DNA of 64,000 nt from Mobula hypostoma (lineage: Eukaryota): positions 77,502,001 through 77,566,000 of the forward strand of contig NC_086097.1 in assembly GCF_963921235.1 (NCBI RefSeq), written 5' to 3'. A program made the position numbers and the translations under genes. Shown piece after piece: positions 61,255 through 64,000 of the stretch (positions are counted from its first letter, which is position 1; each line of letters begins with the position of its first letter). The notes beneath the pieces were generated by a model. That model was given only the letters and a program-made list of their open reading frames with translations. It was not told the origin of the DNA and ran no database searches.

Positions 61255-63322
61255 CTGTCTCTGTTGCTCAGAAGGGAAGGGGGAAGAAAGTGGGGGCAGT
61301 GATGAATAAATTCAATCGTTAGAGGAGCAGACAGGAGATTCTGTGGATGTGAAAGAGATAACTGGATGCTGTGTTGTCTCACAGATGCCAGAGTCAGGGA
61401 TTGCATCTACAGTATTCTAAAGGGGGAAGGTGAACAGCCAGAAATCATGGTACATATTGGTACCAATGATATAGGTAGGAAAAGGCATGAGGTCCTGAAG
61501 AGTGAACATAGCAAACTATTTCTGGATCACTGGGATCTCTTCAGGAGAAAGTATGTCCTGTACAGAAAGATGGTATACACCTGCACTTCAGTGTGATCAA
61601 TATCCTTGTGGGCAGGTTTGCTAGTGCTGTAGGGGAGGGTTTAAACTAAGTTGGCAGAGGAATGGGAGTTGGACTGATCAGACAGAGAATGGAGCAGTTG
61701 GTATACATGTAGAATTAGTGTGTAGTTAGACTGTGAGGAAAGATAGGCAGCTGATATGGTAAAATTACTGTTAGTGGGATATCGAAGTGTGTCTTTAAAC
61801 TAAATAGTAGGTTCAACAGATCAATAGTTTGGTTAAGTGAAGAAGGAGTAAAATGGAAGGAGTGCAGAAGAGAGATTGCAAAAGGCTCCAGAATAAATAA
61901 AAAAGACAGAATGTTCAGAAAGTGGTAAGAATTTAACTTCCAATAACATGGGGGCAAAATTGAAAAGGATGATGAATATAGGACTGAGGATGTTATATTT
62001 GAATGCACGCTGTATATGGAATAAGGCAGATGATCTTGTAGCGCAGTTAGAAGTTGACAGGTAAGACATAGTGGGCATCACTGAGTCGTGGCTGAAAGAT
62101 CATAATTGGGAGCTTAACAATACACACATTATATCGAAAGGACAGGCAGGTAGGCTGAGGGGTTAGGTGGCTCTGATGGTAAAAAGTGAATTCAAATTCT
62201 TAGAAAGAAGTGACATGGGATTGGAAAATGTAGAATCTTTGTGGGTAGAGTTAAGAAACTGGAAGTTAAATAATCCTATGGCCTCTGAGCAGTAGCCAGG
62301 ATATGGGGTACAACTTACAATAGGAAATAGAAAATGCATGCTAAAAGAGCAATGTTGCATTAGTTATTGGGGATTTCAATATAGTGGTAGAATGGGAAAA
62401 TTAGATTGGTGCTGGATCCCAAGTGAAGAAACTTGTAGAATGCCTACAAAATGGCTTTTAGAGCATCTTGTGGTTGATCCCAATAGAGAAAAGGCAATTC
62501 TGGACTGGGTGTTGTGTATTGAACCAGATTTGATTAGTGAGTTTTAGGTAAAGGAACCCTGAGGACACAGTGATCATAATATGAAAGAATTCACATATTA
62601 TATGATATTATGAGAGAGAAGCTAGAATTAGATGTATCAGTTCTCATACAGGATACCATAAAGGTTAATGCAGGTTGAGCGAATGTAAGGAAAGCAAATA
62701 CAACGTTCGCTTCATTCAAGAGAACTAAAAGAAAGGATATAATACTAAGGTTTACAATGCAGTGTTCGTACCACCCTTTTGAGTATTTGAGCAGTTTTGA
62801 GCCCCTTATCAAAGAGAGGATGTGCTGGCATTGGAGAGGGGCCAGAGGTTGACCTGGAATGAAAGGGTTAACATATAACGCGTGTTTGATAGCTCTGGGC
62901 CTGTACTCGCTGGATTTTAGGAGAATGAGAGGGAATCTCATTAAAACCTATTGAACATTGAATGGTCTAGACAGAGTGAACATGGAATGGATATTTTCTA
63001 TAGTGGGGGAGTTTAGACCAGGGAGCTCAGCCCCAGAACAGAAGGACATCCCTTTAGAACAGAGATGGGGAAGAACTTCTTTAGCCAGAGGCTGGTGAAT
63101 TTGTGGAGTTTATTGCCAAAGACTGCTGTGAGGCCAAGACATTGGTTACATTTAAAGTGGATGTTAATAGGTTCTTGATTGGTAAGGATGTCAAAGGTTA
63201 TGGGGTGGGGGAGTCAGGAAAAGTGGGGTTTTGAGAGATAATAAATCAGTCATTATGGAATGGCGGAGCAGACTCAGAGGGCTGAAAAGCCTAATTCTGC
63301 TCCCATGGTCTTACAGTCTTAT
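61255..63322 (+). mobile_element. Decayed CR1 with ORF1 SGNH/esterase remnant, endonuclease remnant and 3' end (RT deleted)
   Basis: SIVRGADRRFCG, CCL.DARVRD, VHIGTNDIG; LYLNAR...DIVGITESWL; ILDWVLCIEPDLI. Ends in a CR1 3' UTR. Confidence 0.8.
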
Positions 63323-64000
63323 AGCACAAACCATTGCAATGGGAGCTTATTACGGTGCTATCCTAGGCCCAGTTACCTTGAACCCAAAGCAATCTGTTAG
63401 AAAATCTCAGCGGAACAAACAGCATTTGTGAGAGAAAAGGAATTGTTGACTTTTCGTGTCAAAACCCTGCATCTGGATGGTTCTCCAAATCCTGTCCTCC
63501 ATCTAGAGGGCATAAGTGAGAAGCATGATGAGTATGGCTCCAGCAACATTTAAAAAGCAAATTAAAGCTGTCCAGCAAAAATCATCCTGATTGATTTCTG
63601 GTTTTCTATCTTAAAACACTCACCCTTTCCACCACCATTATACTGAGAATATTCAAAATGCTTTGAAGCAGCTGGTAAAATGGCAGCACCTTCCATTACA
63701 GGCGGATTAAAAAGGGCAGCACTACATGAGGACACCGTTGTTTTCTAGTAGCCCTTCAATTTAAAAACCATACTGCCACAGAAATATCTCACCCATTGGG
63801 TCAAACCCTTGAAATGACTGATTCAACAGCTTGGGATGCATCATCTCATAAAATTGCACACCGCAAACTTCTCAAAGATAGTTGGAATTGAGAAGTAATT
63901 TCAGTTCCTGCCAGTAGTGCTTATGGTCTTTAAATAAATGTCAAAAATAACTGTGTCCCTTTTCATGGAATTGATCTTCACAGAGAAGTATTGTAAACCA

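Overview
This is vertebrate, repeat-dominated, apparently intronic or intergenic DNA. The repeat mix (CR1 LINEs, V-SINE/DeuSINE-like SINEs, Penelope 3' ends, Rex1/Babar LINEs) suggests a cartilaginous fish, probably a ray; this is an inference. I found no host protein-coding exon, tRNA, rRNA or CRISPR array that I can support. Every recognisable ORF is a transposon remnant: CR1, L2, Rex1/Babar, RTE, L1, Vingi, Penelope, Gypsy LTR, hAT, Tc1, pogo or PIF/Harbinger. Many elements are nested and have readable target-site duplications (TSDs). The most notable observations are: (1) minimal hammerhead-ribozyme motifs in small TSD-flanked Penelope-derived inserts; (2) an HDV-like pseudoknot layout at the 5' end of an RTE LINE; (3) a 5'-inverted (twin-primed) L1 insertion with a 15-bp TSD; (4) a Vingi LINE fragment with a 12-bp TSD; (5) a two-LTR internally deleted Gypsy element with PBS and PPT; (6) a solo-LTR family carrying copy-specific minisatellites. 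I see no convincing wholly new biological system. Family names come from motif recognition, not database searches, and boundaries without TSDs are approximate.
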